A stretch of DNA of 64,000 bases from an uncultured Pseudomonadales bacterium (lineage in GTDB: Bacteria; Patescibacteriota; Microgenomatia; UBA1400; UBA1449). The DNA lies in contig CAYLQQ010000002.1 of NCBI GenBank assembly GCA_964386355.1, positions 45,374-109,373 on the forward strand, read 5' to 3'. Shown piece after piece: positions 32,996 through 42,357 of this stretch. A program made the position numbers and the translations under genes. Position 1 is the first letter of the stretch; each line of letters opens with the position of its first letter. The notes under the pieces were generated by a model. It searched no databases and had not been told where the DNA came from. It saw only the letters and a list, made by a program, of their open reading frames with translations.

Positions 32996-35290
32996 ATGTA
33001 TTGGGCAGATAAAATCGCAGATCAGATTGTAAAAAGTGGACAGCATAAACCATACTGGGTTGATGATATGAAAACCCCCTCTGGAAGGATTCATGTTGGG
33101 TCTTTACGGGGTGTGTTGATACATGATTTTGTCCACAAAGCTCTTATGCATCAAGGAAAATCCTCGACTTTTACGTATGTGTACAACGACATGGATCCAA
33201 TGGATGCATTACCGGGGTACTTAGATAAAGATGTTTATACTCAACATATGGGTAAGCCTCTGTATAAAATACCTGCACCTGAAGGTAACAAAAGTTTTGC
33301 TCAGTATTATGCCGATGAGTTTACTGGGGTTTTTAATCGCCTTGGGGCAACTCCCAAGATAGTGTTGTCGCATGAGCTGTATGAATCCGGCCAGATGAAT
33401 CCTCTTATACAGATAGCTTTAGATAATGTTGAAGAGTTAAAACACATTTATCGCGACATTGCTCATTACGAATTAGAAAAGAACTGGTATCCATTTCAGG
33501 TATTCTGTGAGCACTGCGGAAAAGAGGGTTCTACTACAACCTATCATTGGGATGGTGAGTATGTATATTACCGATGTGAAAAAAGTAAAGTAGAATGGGC
33601 TGTTGGCTGTGGTCATGAGGGCAAGGTTTCACCCTTTAACGGTACCGGTAAATTTCTTTGGAAAGTTGACTGGCCAGCTCACTGGAAGTTGATTGGTATT
33701 ACTATTGAAGGTGCTGGAAAGGATCATACTTCAGCCGGAGGTTCCCGTGATATGGCTCGGGAAATTGTGAAGCGTGTTTTCAAATACCCTGAGCCGTATG
33801 ACATCCCTTATGAGTGGTTGCTTATCCGTGGTGCCAAAATGTCTTCATCTAAAGGTATTGGAGCCTCTGCTAAAGAGTTTGCTGATCTTTTACCTCCGGA
33901 AGTGGGTAGGTTCTTGTTTGCCCGTACCCATTGCAATACAGTAATCGATTTTGATTTAGTTGGTAATACCATCCCTGATCTATTTGATGAATATGACAAA
34001 TGTGCACAGGCATATTTTAGTGGTAAACAAGATATGTATGCCCGGATTTATGAAGCTTCACAAGTGACTGATAAAAAATCAGATCCCGTATTTTTACCAA
34101 GATTTAGAGATGTAGCAATGTATAGCCAAATGCCCAGCGTTGATCTGATTGCAAAATTTGAACAGGTAAAAGGTTCTATCTTATCACCTGCAGAAAGGCA
34201 TATCCTGGAAGAGAGGGTAAATTACGCAAAGAAGTGGATTAAAAACTATGCTCCGTCTAATTTGAACTTTCAACTCTCAGATAACTCAACTCAATCTGTA
34301 ACACTTAATCAAAAACAGAAAGATTATTTAGGCTCTGTAATAGCGTTATTACAGAAAACATGGAATAAACCGGAAGATTTTCAATTTGAGCTGTTTGAAG
34401 AAACAAAACGACTTGGAATTTCAGCCAAGGAAGCTTTTGCTGCCATTTATCAGATACTGTTAGGTAAGAATTTTGGTCCTAAAGCAGCATGGTTTCTGTT
34501 GGAACAGGATAAAGAAGAGTTAATTAAGCGATTTAGCGAGGTGATAGGAGAAACTAATAAAAGTGATGTATCCATTTCCCAAACTTTTCCAACAATTACT
34601 GACTCAAAGATGATACAAATCAGTACAGCCATTGCACATCAATACCCTTCAGTGCATATCGGGTTTGCCATTATCAGAGGCATACAAGTGGTCAAAACCA
34701 ATGAACAGCTAGAACAAGAAAAAGAAACCCTATATGCAAAACTAAAAAGCATGACGACAGAAGAGATTGGCACTATGCCAGAGATCTTAAGTTATAGAAA
34801 AATGTACAAACAAATGGGGGTAGATTGGCATTCCAGAAGGCCTAGTCCAGAAGCTTTACTACGCCGTATCGTACAAGGCAAGGATTTGTATGCTGTAAAT
34901 ACTTGCGTTGATGCGTACAACCTGATTGTGATGAAATATAGAGTAAGTGTCGGGACATTTGACCTAAAAAATTTGGATTTTCCGGTAGAACTGTGTGTTG
35001 CGAAGGGTGGAGAAAAGATATTGCTTTTGGGCAATGATGAAGAAACCGAAATAAAAGCAGGTGAAGTGTATTATCAAGATCAAACTGGACCATACAATCT
35101 AGATTATAACTACAGAGACTCTCAGCGGGTGAGTGTGAATGAAGACACTGAAGACATTATGATCAACGTTGATGGCGTGTATGATGTTGGTAGACCACAT
35201 GTAGAAAGAGCACTGAAAGAGACTTTAGAGATTATCAAAAAGTACTGCGGTGGAGTGATAGAAGTCGCTGGTATTATTGAAGCGAAATAA
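32996..35290 (+). CDS. lysK: Class I lysyl-tRNA synthetase fused to a C-terminal B3/B4 (PheRS-beta-like, COG3382-type) domain
   Basis: Class I core: PSGRIHVGSLRGVLIHD (HIGH-type), GKDH, KMSSSKG (KMSKS). The C-terminal ~228 aa (34604..35287) read ...ILSYRKMYKQMGVDWHSRRPSPEALLRRIVQGKDLYAVNTCVDAYNLIVMKYRVSVGTFDLKNL...YNYRDSQRVSVNEDTEDIMINVDGV, the B3/B4-domain family pattern. Confidence 0.85.
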   Translation: MYWADKIADQIVKSGQHKPYWVDDMKTPSGRIHVGSLRGVLIHDFVHKALMHQGKSSTFTYVYNDMDPMDALPGYLDKDVYTQHMGKPLYKIPAPEGNKSFAQYYADEFTGVFNRLGATPKIVLSHELYESGQMNPLIQIALDNVEELKHIYRDIAHYELEKNWYPFQVFCEHCGKEGSTTTYHWDGEYVYYRCEKSKVEWAVGCGHEGKVSPFNGTGKFLWKVDWPAHWKLIGITIEGAGKDHTSAGGSRDMAREIVKRVFKYPEPYDIPYEWLLIRGAKMSSSKGIGASAKEFADLLPPEVGRFLFARTHCNTVIDFDLVGNTIPDLFDEYDKCAQAYFSGKQDMYARIYEASQVTDKKSDPVFLPRFRDVAMYSQMPSVDLIAKFEQVKGSILSPAERHILEERVNYAKKWIKNYAPSNLNFQLSDNSTQSVTLNQKQKDYLGSVIALLQKTWNKPEDFQFELFEETKRLGISAKEAFAAIYQILLGKNFGPKAAWFLLEQDKEELIKRFSEVIGETNKSDVSISQTFPTITDSKMIQISTAIAHQYPSVHIGFAIIRGIQVVKTNEQLEQEKETLYAKLKSMTTEEIGTMPEILSYRKMYKQMGVDWHSRRPSPEALLRRIVQGKDLYAVNTCVDAYNLIVMKYRVSVGTFDLKNLDFPVELCVAKGGEKILLLGNDEETEIKAGEVYYQDQTGPYNLDYNYRDSQRVSVNEDTEDIMINVDGVYDVGRPHVERALKETLEIIKKYCGGVIEVAGIIEAK

Positions 35291-36169
35291 TTACTTCTTT
35301 TTAGCCATCCTATCCCACAGCACCAAGAGCGGGGCGGCGGTGAAGGTTGAGGAATACGTCCCGGAAACAGTTCCTACCAGCAAGGCAAAGACAAACCACT
35401 TGGTCGTTTCTCCTCCCAATAGGTATAAGGCCAAAAGCATAAAAATAATTGTCATGGAATTATTGATAGACCTGGTTAGTGTTTCATTGACGGCTTTATT
35501 GATCAGCATATCAGAAGGAATGCCTGACATCTTGCGTTTTGACTCACGGATGCGGTCATAGACGACGATAGTATCATGGACTGAGAAGCTTAAAATAGTT
35601 AGTAAGGCTGTCATAAACAGGGTGTCCACTTCCACATCCATAAAATATCCCAGCAGAGAAAAGACACCTAAAACCACAAGTGTATCGTGTAGCATAGCGA
35701 GGACTGCACAAATGCCATACTTTTTATCTTTAAATTGCTTCCAGATAAACAGAAGGATGACCCCTGCAGCTATCAATAGGGCTGTAAGAGCTCGCCTAAG
35801 CGTTTCTGCACCAAATGTTGGTCCCAGTGTTTCGAACCGTTTCTCCGTAATGGTAGTGCCGGCTGCTGAAGCTACTTTTTGTTGCAACAGGGAATTTGTT
35901 GCCTGGTCAAATGTTTTGGAACGGATGGTAAAAGTAGAATCTTCCTGTCTGACAGAACTGGCTTCAATTCCCTCCTGCACCAATAATTGTGATAGCTCTT
36001 CCTGGTTATATTGGTTGGGATTTTCGTTGAGTTGGAACTCAAGCAAGGTACCACCAGTAAAATCAATGGAGAGTTTGAGGCCATGAACAATGAGAGAATA
36101 TAGTCCTGGAATGATCACCAGACCGGAGATAACAAAGTAGAGCCAGTAGTATTTCATGAATTTGATCAT
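35291..36169 (-). CDS. secF: Protein translocase subunit SecF
   Basis: IDFTGGTLLEF motif and a six-TM layout. It lies immediately downstream of secD. Confidence 0.9.
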   Translation of the reverse strand: MIKFMKYYWLYFVISGLVIIPGLYSLIVHGLKLSIDFTGGTLLEFQLNENPNQYNQEELSQLLVQEGIEASSVRQEDSTFTIRSKTFDQATNSLLQQKVASAAGTTITEKRFETLGPTFGAETLRRALTALLIAAGVILLFIWKQFKDKKYGICAVLAMLHDTLVVLGVFSLLGYFMDVEVDTLFMTALLTILSFSVHDTIVVYDRIRESKRKMSGIPSDMLINKAVNETLTRSINNSMTIIFMLLALYLLGGETTKWFVFALLVGTVSGTYSSTFTAAPLLVLWDRMAKKK

Positions 36170-36170
36170 A

Positions 36171-37529
36171 TTATTCTTTTCCTCGGTATAAAACTCTTAT
36201 TAGAGTGCGTGAAACAACAATTCCTGTAAACATGCTTACAGCTACCCCTACAAGTAATGTCAAAGCAAAACCTCTGACCATGCCGGAGGTTACCAGCCAG
36301 TTGAAATTTAGAGGGTTTAGCAGAATAATTGCAGTTAAGATTGTGGCTAAGTTGGCATCTTTGATGCTATCCCAGGCGCGACCAAATCCGAGTTCCATAG
36401 CCCGTTTCCATGGCTGACCGGTTCTCATTTCTTCTTTCATGCGTTCGAAAATAAGAATATTAGCATCCACGGCCATTCCTACAGAAAGTATAAAACCGGC
36501 TATTCCAGGCAAAGATAAAGTAATTGGTACTAGTTTATAAATTGATAATGTGATTAAGCTATAAATAATAAGTGCAATATTTGCAATAATTCCCAGTCGA
36601 CCATACAAACCTATCATAAACAGCATGACAATCGCCAGGCCAATTAGTCCGGCAATCACGCTTTTTTGGACTGAATCGGCACCGAGGCTAGGACCGACAG
36701 TACGCTGTTCAATGATTTGTATAGGGACGGGGAGAGCACCTGCATTGAGCTGAATGGCTAGTTCTTTTGCTGAATCGGTAGTAAAACTACCTGAAATGAT
36801 TGCTTCACCAGATGTAATTTCGTCTTGGACAGTGGGTGCAGTGACCGGCATTTCATCCAGAAAGATGGCTACCTGTCTTTGTAGGTTTCGTTTAGTAATT
36901 TCGGCAAACTTGGTTGCCCCTTCGCTTGTAAACTGGATGGCAACTACCGGCTCACCGGAAATACTATTACTACCAAATTGTACAGAAGCGCGTTTGAGGT
37001 CTTTTCCTGTCAAGCCTGTGCTGACAAAGTTTAAAATGGATAAGGCAGAAGGTGAGGCATCTTGGAGTTCGGCAGGCAGCTCACGGAAATCGAGCTGGGC
37101 AGTTTTCCCGATGAGTGAAATGGCATCTTCAACGTTTTGAATACCAGGCATTTCTACGATAATCCGGTACTGGTCATTCATTCTAGAAGTAATAATATTA
37201 GGTTCGGTGACACCATACAAGTCAACGCGCCTACTGATCACTTCCCTGGTCGATTCAAGGGCTGTTGTTCGGTCTTCATTGGGAATAATACTCATATCCG
37301 CTTGCAGAACAAGCTGTACACCCCCCTGCAAATCAAGACCTTGCTGAATATTAAGGTCTCGACTGAACGTTTTATTGCCGATATTAATATTAATTATTGG
37401 GGAACCAATCTTTGTATCTATTTGTTTACCAAAAATAGTAAATTTTACTGGGATGTTTTTTGGGAGAGATATTACCAGTGTAATAAGGGTAAGGAAAATA
37501 ATGAAAATGAATAGCCGAATCGGTTTCAT
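36171..37529 (-). CDS. secD: Protein translocase subunit SecD
   Basis: GLDLQGGVQLVLQ motif, a periplasmic domain, and a C-terminal RND-like TM bundle (…GIAGFILSVGMAVDANILIFERMKEE). Confidence 0.9.
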   Translation of the reverse strand: MKPIRLFIFIIFLTLITLVISLPKNIPVKFTIFGKQIDTKIGSPIININIGNKTFSRDLNIQQGLDLQGGVQLVLQADMSIIPNEDRTTALESTREVISRRVDLYGVTEPNIITSRMNDQYRIIVEMPGIQNVEDAISLIGKTAQLDFRELPAELQDASPSALSILNFVSTGLTGKDLKRASVQFGSNSISGEPVVAIQFTSEGATKFAEITKRNLQRQVAIFLDEMPVTAPTVQDEITSGEAIISGSFTTDSAKELAIQLNAGALPVPIQIIEQRTVGPSLGADSVQKSVIAGLIGLAIVMLFMIGLYGRLGIIANIALIIYSLITLSIYKLVPITLSLPGIAGFILSVGMAVDANILIFERMKEEMRTGQPWKRAMELGFGRAWDSIKDANLATILTAIILLNPLNFNWLVTSGMVRGFALTLLVGVAVSMFTGIVVSRTLIRVLYRGKE

Positions 37530-37581
37530 ACGGATACTATTCTAAAGGATTTAAGCATGCAAGCAAGAGGTTAATCAGAAT

Positions 37582-38163
37582 TTAATTGATCAGTTCTTCC
37601 TCATCCCCGAGCAGCATTAATTTTGGACTTCCCAGAATCTTAATAATAAAGGGATCGTTACGATTTTTTCTAAACTCAAACTCATCTTTGGTCATCACTG
37701 AGTAATTGATCTCTCGATCCATTCGTTTTTCATAATCAGAAATTATTTGAGCTATTTGAGCTAATACAACATCACCTACAATTAAAACATCTACATCATT
37801 TTCCTGGTGGGGACGGTGGCGGATAAAACGGCCCGACAAAAAAGCAAACCGTATCTTACCGATCCGGTTTTTCTGCTTGACAATTTCTGCACCTAGACCT
37901 GTTGATTTGGCGACTAAATTTAACAATTCCAGATAGTAGAGGTAATCTTTACGGAAACCATAATAAAGCCTATTTCCACGCTGCTCCTTTTTTACCATTC
38001 CGTTTTTCTCCATGTGTTCTAGCTCGCGCCGTACTGCATTAATCTCCTCATCACTCAGACGTACGAGTTCCCGTACGAAGTATATTTTTGCTGGATCTTC
38101 AAGAAATATCTTCATTAACTTAACCCGAACTTTGGAGATCATGAAGTTTTCTAAATCTGCCAT
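37582..38163 (-). CDS. Winged-helix transcriptional regulator fused to a nucleotidyltransferase-like domain
   Basis: The N-terminal wHTH (VRELVRLSDEEINAVRRELEHMEKNGMVKKEQRGNRLYY) is followed by ...FAFLSGRFIRH...NDVDVLIVGD, an NTase-fold-like GS/DxD pattern. Confidence 0.55.
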   Translation of the reverse strand: MADLENFMISKVRVKLMKIFLEDPAKIYFVRELVRLSDEEINAVRRELEHMEKNGMVKKEQRGNRLYYGFRKDYLYYLELLNLVAKSTGLGAEIVKQKNRIGKIRFAFLSGRFIRHRPHQENDVDVLIVGDVVLAQIAQIISDYEKRMDREINYSVMTKDEFEFRKNRNDPFIIKILGSPKLMLLGDEEELIN

Positions 38164-38280
38164 AAAAAAGAATTAAGAATATAGAAATAAGAATCAGGGT
38201 ACACTCTATACTCTAAATTATCATAAATCAAGTTATTTAAACCGATTATAACACACTACAAAAAAATTATAGACCAGATA

Positions 38281-38310
38281 AAAAACCCTTCAGATACTTC
38301 TGAAGGGTTT
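38281..38310 (-). terminator. Intrinsic terminator after the DUF3048 gene
   Basis: On the minus strand: AAACCCTTCAGA-AGTA-TCTGAAGGGTTT followed by a T-run. Confidence 0.75.
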
Positions 38311-38371
38311 ATCTAATTGCTAATATGTTGTTATCAAATTATATAAGTGCAGCTATACTGAACTATTACTG

Positions 38372-39634
38372 CTAATACTCAAGAGTCTTATTTCCCACAG
38401 GTATATTACTGATCCAAATAGATCCAGGCAGGAATTCTATTTCCTTCCCATCTTCACCAAAATACTTAGTCCTTGAAGTTCTGGTTTTCTTTTCCCATGT
38501 AATTTCTTCTGCATTTCCGTTCTGGAACAGCACGGCTTTGCCTTTTCCAATCAAACCATATATAAGGTGGGCATTGTTAGGATAACCATCGTTGGCATTA
38601 CTTTCGACTGAGTACATAACTATCAGATTTTTTACCGTCAGCTGTTCGTTTGTATTTAAATCAGTATGGGGTTGTCCAGACTGTACCCGCTTATACGATT
38701 TAGTAGCTGGGTCAAAGTCCCAGGCTACTGAGTAGTCACCGGCAGGTGAGTTTGCCCAAAAATTGTAACTGACTTTGACAGTTTGGCCTTGTTCGACCTT
38801 TGACTCATCAGCAAATTTCCAGGGGACATAGTCTTCATCCCATGCAACACCCTCTGCATCTTCATAGTTCCACTCGCGTTTGGCTGCGACTGCCCAGAGT
38901 CTTTCACTAGTTGAATACATCGTATGTTCTGTAGCAACGGTATGTCCAAGACGTTCGTAATCGCGCCAAAATGTAGGATAACCAATAGAGTATTGCGATA
39001 AATCGTTGCCCATAGCACCTCCCCAGCCGTATCTATCAATCTGACCAAGGGCATCAGCTTTTGAAGTTCCTCCAGGACAACCATGATTACAATTTGCTCC
39101 CCCAACATGCGTATACAAGGGATTAGCTCCGTATTCGGATGCCCAGTCAAGATAGTAGGTGCGAGCACTTCGTATAGGTCCCATCATAACTTCATATGCT
39201 TGTGCGTTACAGTAAAATACACCCATAAACCGGGTTATTCCGCCTTCAGCAACAGTCTCGTAGATGATATCAGCGTTTAAAAGACCAGATTGAGGACGGG
39301 CTTCTTCATGATTTTCGATCATTACGAGCAGGGGCCTACGTTTGCTCCAGGCATCTTTTTCGGCTTTTGAAAACAGTGCTCCATTTAACGGGCATACTTC
39401 TGTCTTGGGACCTGAATTATCAATGAGTAGTTTAAACTTTGACTCAGTCTTTGTATCTGACGATAAATTATCCTTGTTTTGGTCGTTTCCAGGGTTAATT
39501 ATATTGAGGCTTGAAGGTAAAACAAAAGTGAATACAGCAAACGAAGTGCCGGCACTAAAGAGATACAAACCAAATAAAGCGATTACACTATATAGTAATT
39601 TTTGTTTCATGAGCCTTTGTAGTAAAAAATACAA
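38372..39634 (-). CDS. DUF3048 (YerB-like) secreted/membrane-anchored protein
   Basis: N-terminal anchor, then RRPLLVMIENHEEARPQSGLLNADIIYETVAEGGITRFMGVFY, the hallmark DUF3048 block. Confidence 0.75.
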   Translation of the reverse strand: MYFLLQRLMKQKLLYSVIALFGLYLFSAGTSFAVFTFVLPSSLNIINPGNDQNKDNLSSDTKTESKFKLLIDNSGPKTEVCPLNGALFSKAEKDAWSKRRPLLVMIENHEEARPQSGLLNADIIYETVAEGGITRFMGVFYCNAQAYEVMMGPIRSARTYYLDWASEYGANPLYTHVGGANCNHGCPGGTSKADALGQIDRYGWGGAMGNDLSQYSIGYPTFWRDYERLGHTVATEHTMYSTSERLWAVAAKREWNYEDAEGVAWDEDYVPWKFADESKVEQGQTVKVSYNFWANSPAGDYSVAWDFDPATKSYKRVQSGQPHTDLNTNEQLTVKNLIVMYSVESNANDGYPNNAHLIYGLIGKGKAVLFQNGNAEEITWEKKTRTSRTKYFGEDGKEIEFLPGSIWISNIPVGNKTLEY

Positions 39635-39704
39635 AATCCAAAACAGTAGGGATTGTTTTGGATGATCTACTAATTACTCTCCGATGCATATATCATAAAC
39701 TATA

Positions 39705-40163
39705 TTAGCTAGCTGAGGCAATGACATATTCTTCCTCTTTTGATAAGGGAAACTGTTCAGATTTGGCTTTTTTTATCCGTTTTGCATATACCCTTGTCGT
39801 ATCACGGCTGTGTAAAAATGTTAAAACCATACCACTTTTTGTGTCATCAAGTAAAGCTAGGGCAAAGCTTTGATCTCCGCCAGTTTCATCAAAAGGATTA
39901 AATCTTACAAATCCAACCTTTTGAATATGAAGAGATGTTTTTTGCTTTAACTGCTCAAACAAGTGTTTAATTTGTGCATTTTCCTGAGTTAAACGTTTTT
40001 CATTTTTGATAATGTTTTCAAGTAGTTGCACAAGATCATGTTCTTTGCTTTTACCAACTAATTGCTTATAGTGTTTGTACATTTGGGTGAAAAGAATGCT
40101 CAGTAGAATTAGCCAGATAAACAATAACGAACTTACAATAAATAGTAGCGTATATTCATGCAT
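39705..40163 (-). CDS. DUF4446 family membrane-anchored protein
   Basis: N-terminal TM, a coiled region and VGFVRFNPFDETGGDQSFALALLDDTKSGMVLTFLHSRDTTRVYAK, the typical DUF4446 block. Confidence 0.7.
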   Translation of the reverse strand: MHEYTLLFIVSSLLFIWLILLSILFTQMYKHYKQLVGKSKEHDLVQLLENIIKNEKRLTQENAQIKHLFEQLKQKTSLHIQKVGFVRFNPFDETGGDQSFALALLDDTKSGMVLTFLHSRDTTRVYAKRIKKAKSEQFPLSKEEEYVIASAS

Positions 40164-40263
40164 AGTATGGATAAACTGTATTAAATTGGGTAATTACAAA
40201 GTTTAACTTGTCAAACCCTCAGTCTTTGCTATTATGATGGTATCAAAAATTATATTTTAAATT

Positions 40264-40536
40264 ATGTCAAAACACAAAACACGTGCAGAAAAAAAACAAT
40301 CCTCAAAAAGAAGTGAGGTTAACAAACACAATACTGCATTTACATACTCGACAACAGGAGCAATACCTAAAACCCGAATTCAAGTAAATGAGAATGAGCT
40401 GCTTGTTACTGATCCGAAGTATATATATAAAGATCTCTTGAGAACGTTAGTGCTTGCCATTATTTTTTTTGCTGTGCTTATCTGGCTTTATACCGCCATG
40501 GAATCAGGAAAATTACAGCTTACACTTCCTTTGTAG
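40264..40536 (+). CDS. Hypothetical small membrane protein
   Basis: Lys-rich N-terminus and a single C-terminal TM. A TTGTCA-16-TATTAT promoter lies upstream, and a hairpin with a T-run lies downstream. Confidence 0.45.
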   Translation: MSKHKTRAEKKQSSKRSEVNKHNTAFTYSTTGAIPKTRIQVNENELLVTDPKYIYKDLLRTLVLAIIFFAVLIWLYTAMESGKLQLTLPL

Positions 40537-40591
40537 TACAAAAAAAACACCCCGTAGATGCGAGGCGTTTTTTATTAATTCCCTTTTTTCT

Positions 40592-40894
40592 TTATTTTGG
40601 TAGGAATTGCTTAAGGTCAATCACAGGCTTCTCATAATTATCCTTGAGTTCACCCAGGTCTTGGCCTGCGTTACGTACGCCTCGAATATTATCTTCAAAG
40701 CGATTAAGCATATTTGATTGAACAGGTTCTCCTACATACGTTTCTGCAGTTTCAGCTTGAGTTACATTTTTTGCCGTTATACTAGTCATAAGCAGTACGG
40801 TAACAACGCTGCTGACAACTGCAACTACAACTGATAGCAGTAGCATGGTTAGTATATTTTGTCTTGGTTGAGTTGGTATATTTGTTTCATTCAT
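40592..40894 (-). CDS. Hypothetical membrane-anchored protein
   Basis: The start was moved to the ATG (MNETN...), which has a GGAGG SD 6 nt upstream. One TM helix (ILTMLLLSVVVAVVSSVVTVLLM). Confidence 0.5.
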   Translation of the reverse strand: MNETNIPTQPRQNILTMLLLSVVVAVVSSVVTVLLMTSITAKNVTQAETAETYVGEPVQSNMLNRFEDNIRGVRNAGQDLGELKDNYEKPVIDLKQFLPK

Positions 40895-40910
40895 ATAATC
40901 CTCCAATAAT

Positions 40911-41291
40911 TTATTGTCTTGGTCTTGAAGGTATTGACATACCTGTAGGAAATGTAGGTGTGGGTCTTATTGACGATCCCGGTAAGCCACCCCTACTATC
41001 GCGAGTACTTCCCAATCTTTCCCTGCTTGGTTTGGTACAAGCGCTAGATGGCCACCAATCAGGAGCGTCACTTGCATCGCAAACATCATCAGGATCTTCC
41101 TGATGACAGCCTGCCATTTGCATCCATTGACATGGCATATCAGGTAGGCCTTGAGCCATAAATTGAGCAATTACGTTTTCTGAAGGCTTCCAATTCACCG
41201 GTCCTGTTGGCTCTATTGCATATTTGTACCAATCATATGCCCACCAAAAGGTATGAAACATATCTTGAAGTATGTATTTTGCCTCTTCCAT
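40911..41291 (-). CDS. Hypothetical Trp/Cys-rich protein; possibly the C-terminal part of a split gene with 41431..42267
   Basis: The same frame stays open for 47 more codons upstream of the first ATG, back to a stop inside the (ATTT)3 tract. That stretch contains no ATG, GTG or TTG. Confidence 0.4.
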   Translation of the reverse strand: MEEAKYILQDMFHTFWWAYDWYKYAIEPTGPVNWKPSENVIAQFMAQGLPDMPCQWMQMAGCHQEDPDDVCDASDAPDWWPSSACTKPSRERLGSTRDSRGGLPGSSIRPTPTFPTGMSIPSRPRQ

Positions 41292-41428
41292 TACTTCCTT
41301 AGCTGGGATTACACATGAATTTGTACCATCACAATCTTCAAGTATGCGCGTCGCATCATCGTATAGTTTTGATGCCTCTGCCCAGTCTTTATTAAATCGT
41401 GAATCTGAATTTGTAATGTATTGTCTAT

Positions 41429-41442
41429 ATTTATTTATTTAT
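41429..41442. repeat. Tetranucleotide tract (ATTT)3.5 spanning the stop codon of the upstream ORF
   Basis: Plus strand: attt attt attt at. The TAA stop of ORF 41431..42267 and the upstream in-frame stop of the next ORF both lie inside the tract. Confidence 0.9.
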
Positions 41443-42267
41443 ATAGTCTGCTTTTTTATAATTCACCTGATGATTTGGATACGCTTTTGATAAACCAGCA
41501 CTCATTTTTGCTGCATGTTCCTCTGTAAAACTGGCTTCCATCTGAGTGATCACAGCGCTGACTATGTCATTGCCGTAGGTAACCAAAGTTTGGACACAAT
41601 ACTTGAAACGTTGAATACGGCTTGCCATGACATTACTGGTTACTGATTTCCATGCAGTTTCGTTCGCATCGATCTTTTGTTGAGTATTGGAAATTATTGT
41701 TTTTAACTGATCAATACTCGTAGCAGCATTTACTTGACCTTTCAGTGTTGTCGGATCGTTTGGATTGTTGGGGTTCTCGATTAATGGAAGTACGACTGTG
41801 CGAATATAATCAATTGCTTCAGTTTCACCAACTGTAGGAATGTTATACTCTGCCATCGATGCGGCTTCAGTTTCAAGCTTTGTTATCTTCTCATTCAGTT
41901 TGCATTTTAAGTTTTCAACAACTAAAAGCGCATACTGTTTGACTTGGGGAAATGCCTGTTCCCACATGGCATTTGTCTGTTGTTGATCTAAAGCCTGAAG
42001 AGCTTCCCATCTTACTGTTTGCATAGTATTTTGGAAGTCTGCACCGTGCAGGTTCATGATCTCAGCACGAATATCATCAACAGTCTGACCATTCATATAA
42101 TAACGAACAGTATCACCCGGATTGGGGAATTCCTGCCATCCTGGTTCAGGGTAGGGGTGTGGGGGTAAATAAGGTTCGGGAGCGTCATAAGCCCGAATTG
42201 CTGTAAATGTCAAAAAAACTGATGCTAAGCCAACAGCCACTGGTAATAAAAACCTTGCATTTTTCAT
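41431..42267 (-). CDS. Secreted hypothetical protein (helical); possibly the N-terminal part of a split gene
   Basis: Signal peptide MKNARFLLPVAVGLASVFLTFTAIRA/YD and a Pro-rich stretch (PEPYLPPHPYPEPGW). No family recognised. Confidence 0.55.
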   Translation of the reverse strand: MKNARFLLPVAVGLASVFLTFTAIRAYDAPEPYLPPHPYPEPGWQEFPNPGDTVRYYMNGQTVDDIRAEIMNLHGADFQNTMQTVRWEALQALDQQQTNAMWEQAFPQVKQYALLVVENLKCKLNEKITKLETEAASMAEYNIPTVGETEAIDYIRTVVLPLIENPNNPNDPTTLKGQVNAATSIDQLKTIISNTQQKIDANETAWKSVTSNVMASRIQRFKYCVQTLVTYGNDIVSAVITQMEASFTEEHAAKMSAGLSKAYPNHQVNYKKADYINK

Positions 42268-42357
42268 AAGCAGAAAGGTATTTTATAACTAATACCAGTC
42301 TGACAATACAAAATAGCTATGTCAAGAAGTAAATAACAGAGAAACTTGTTTTGATAA

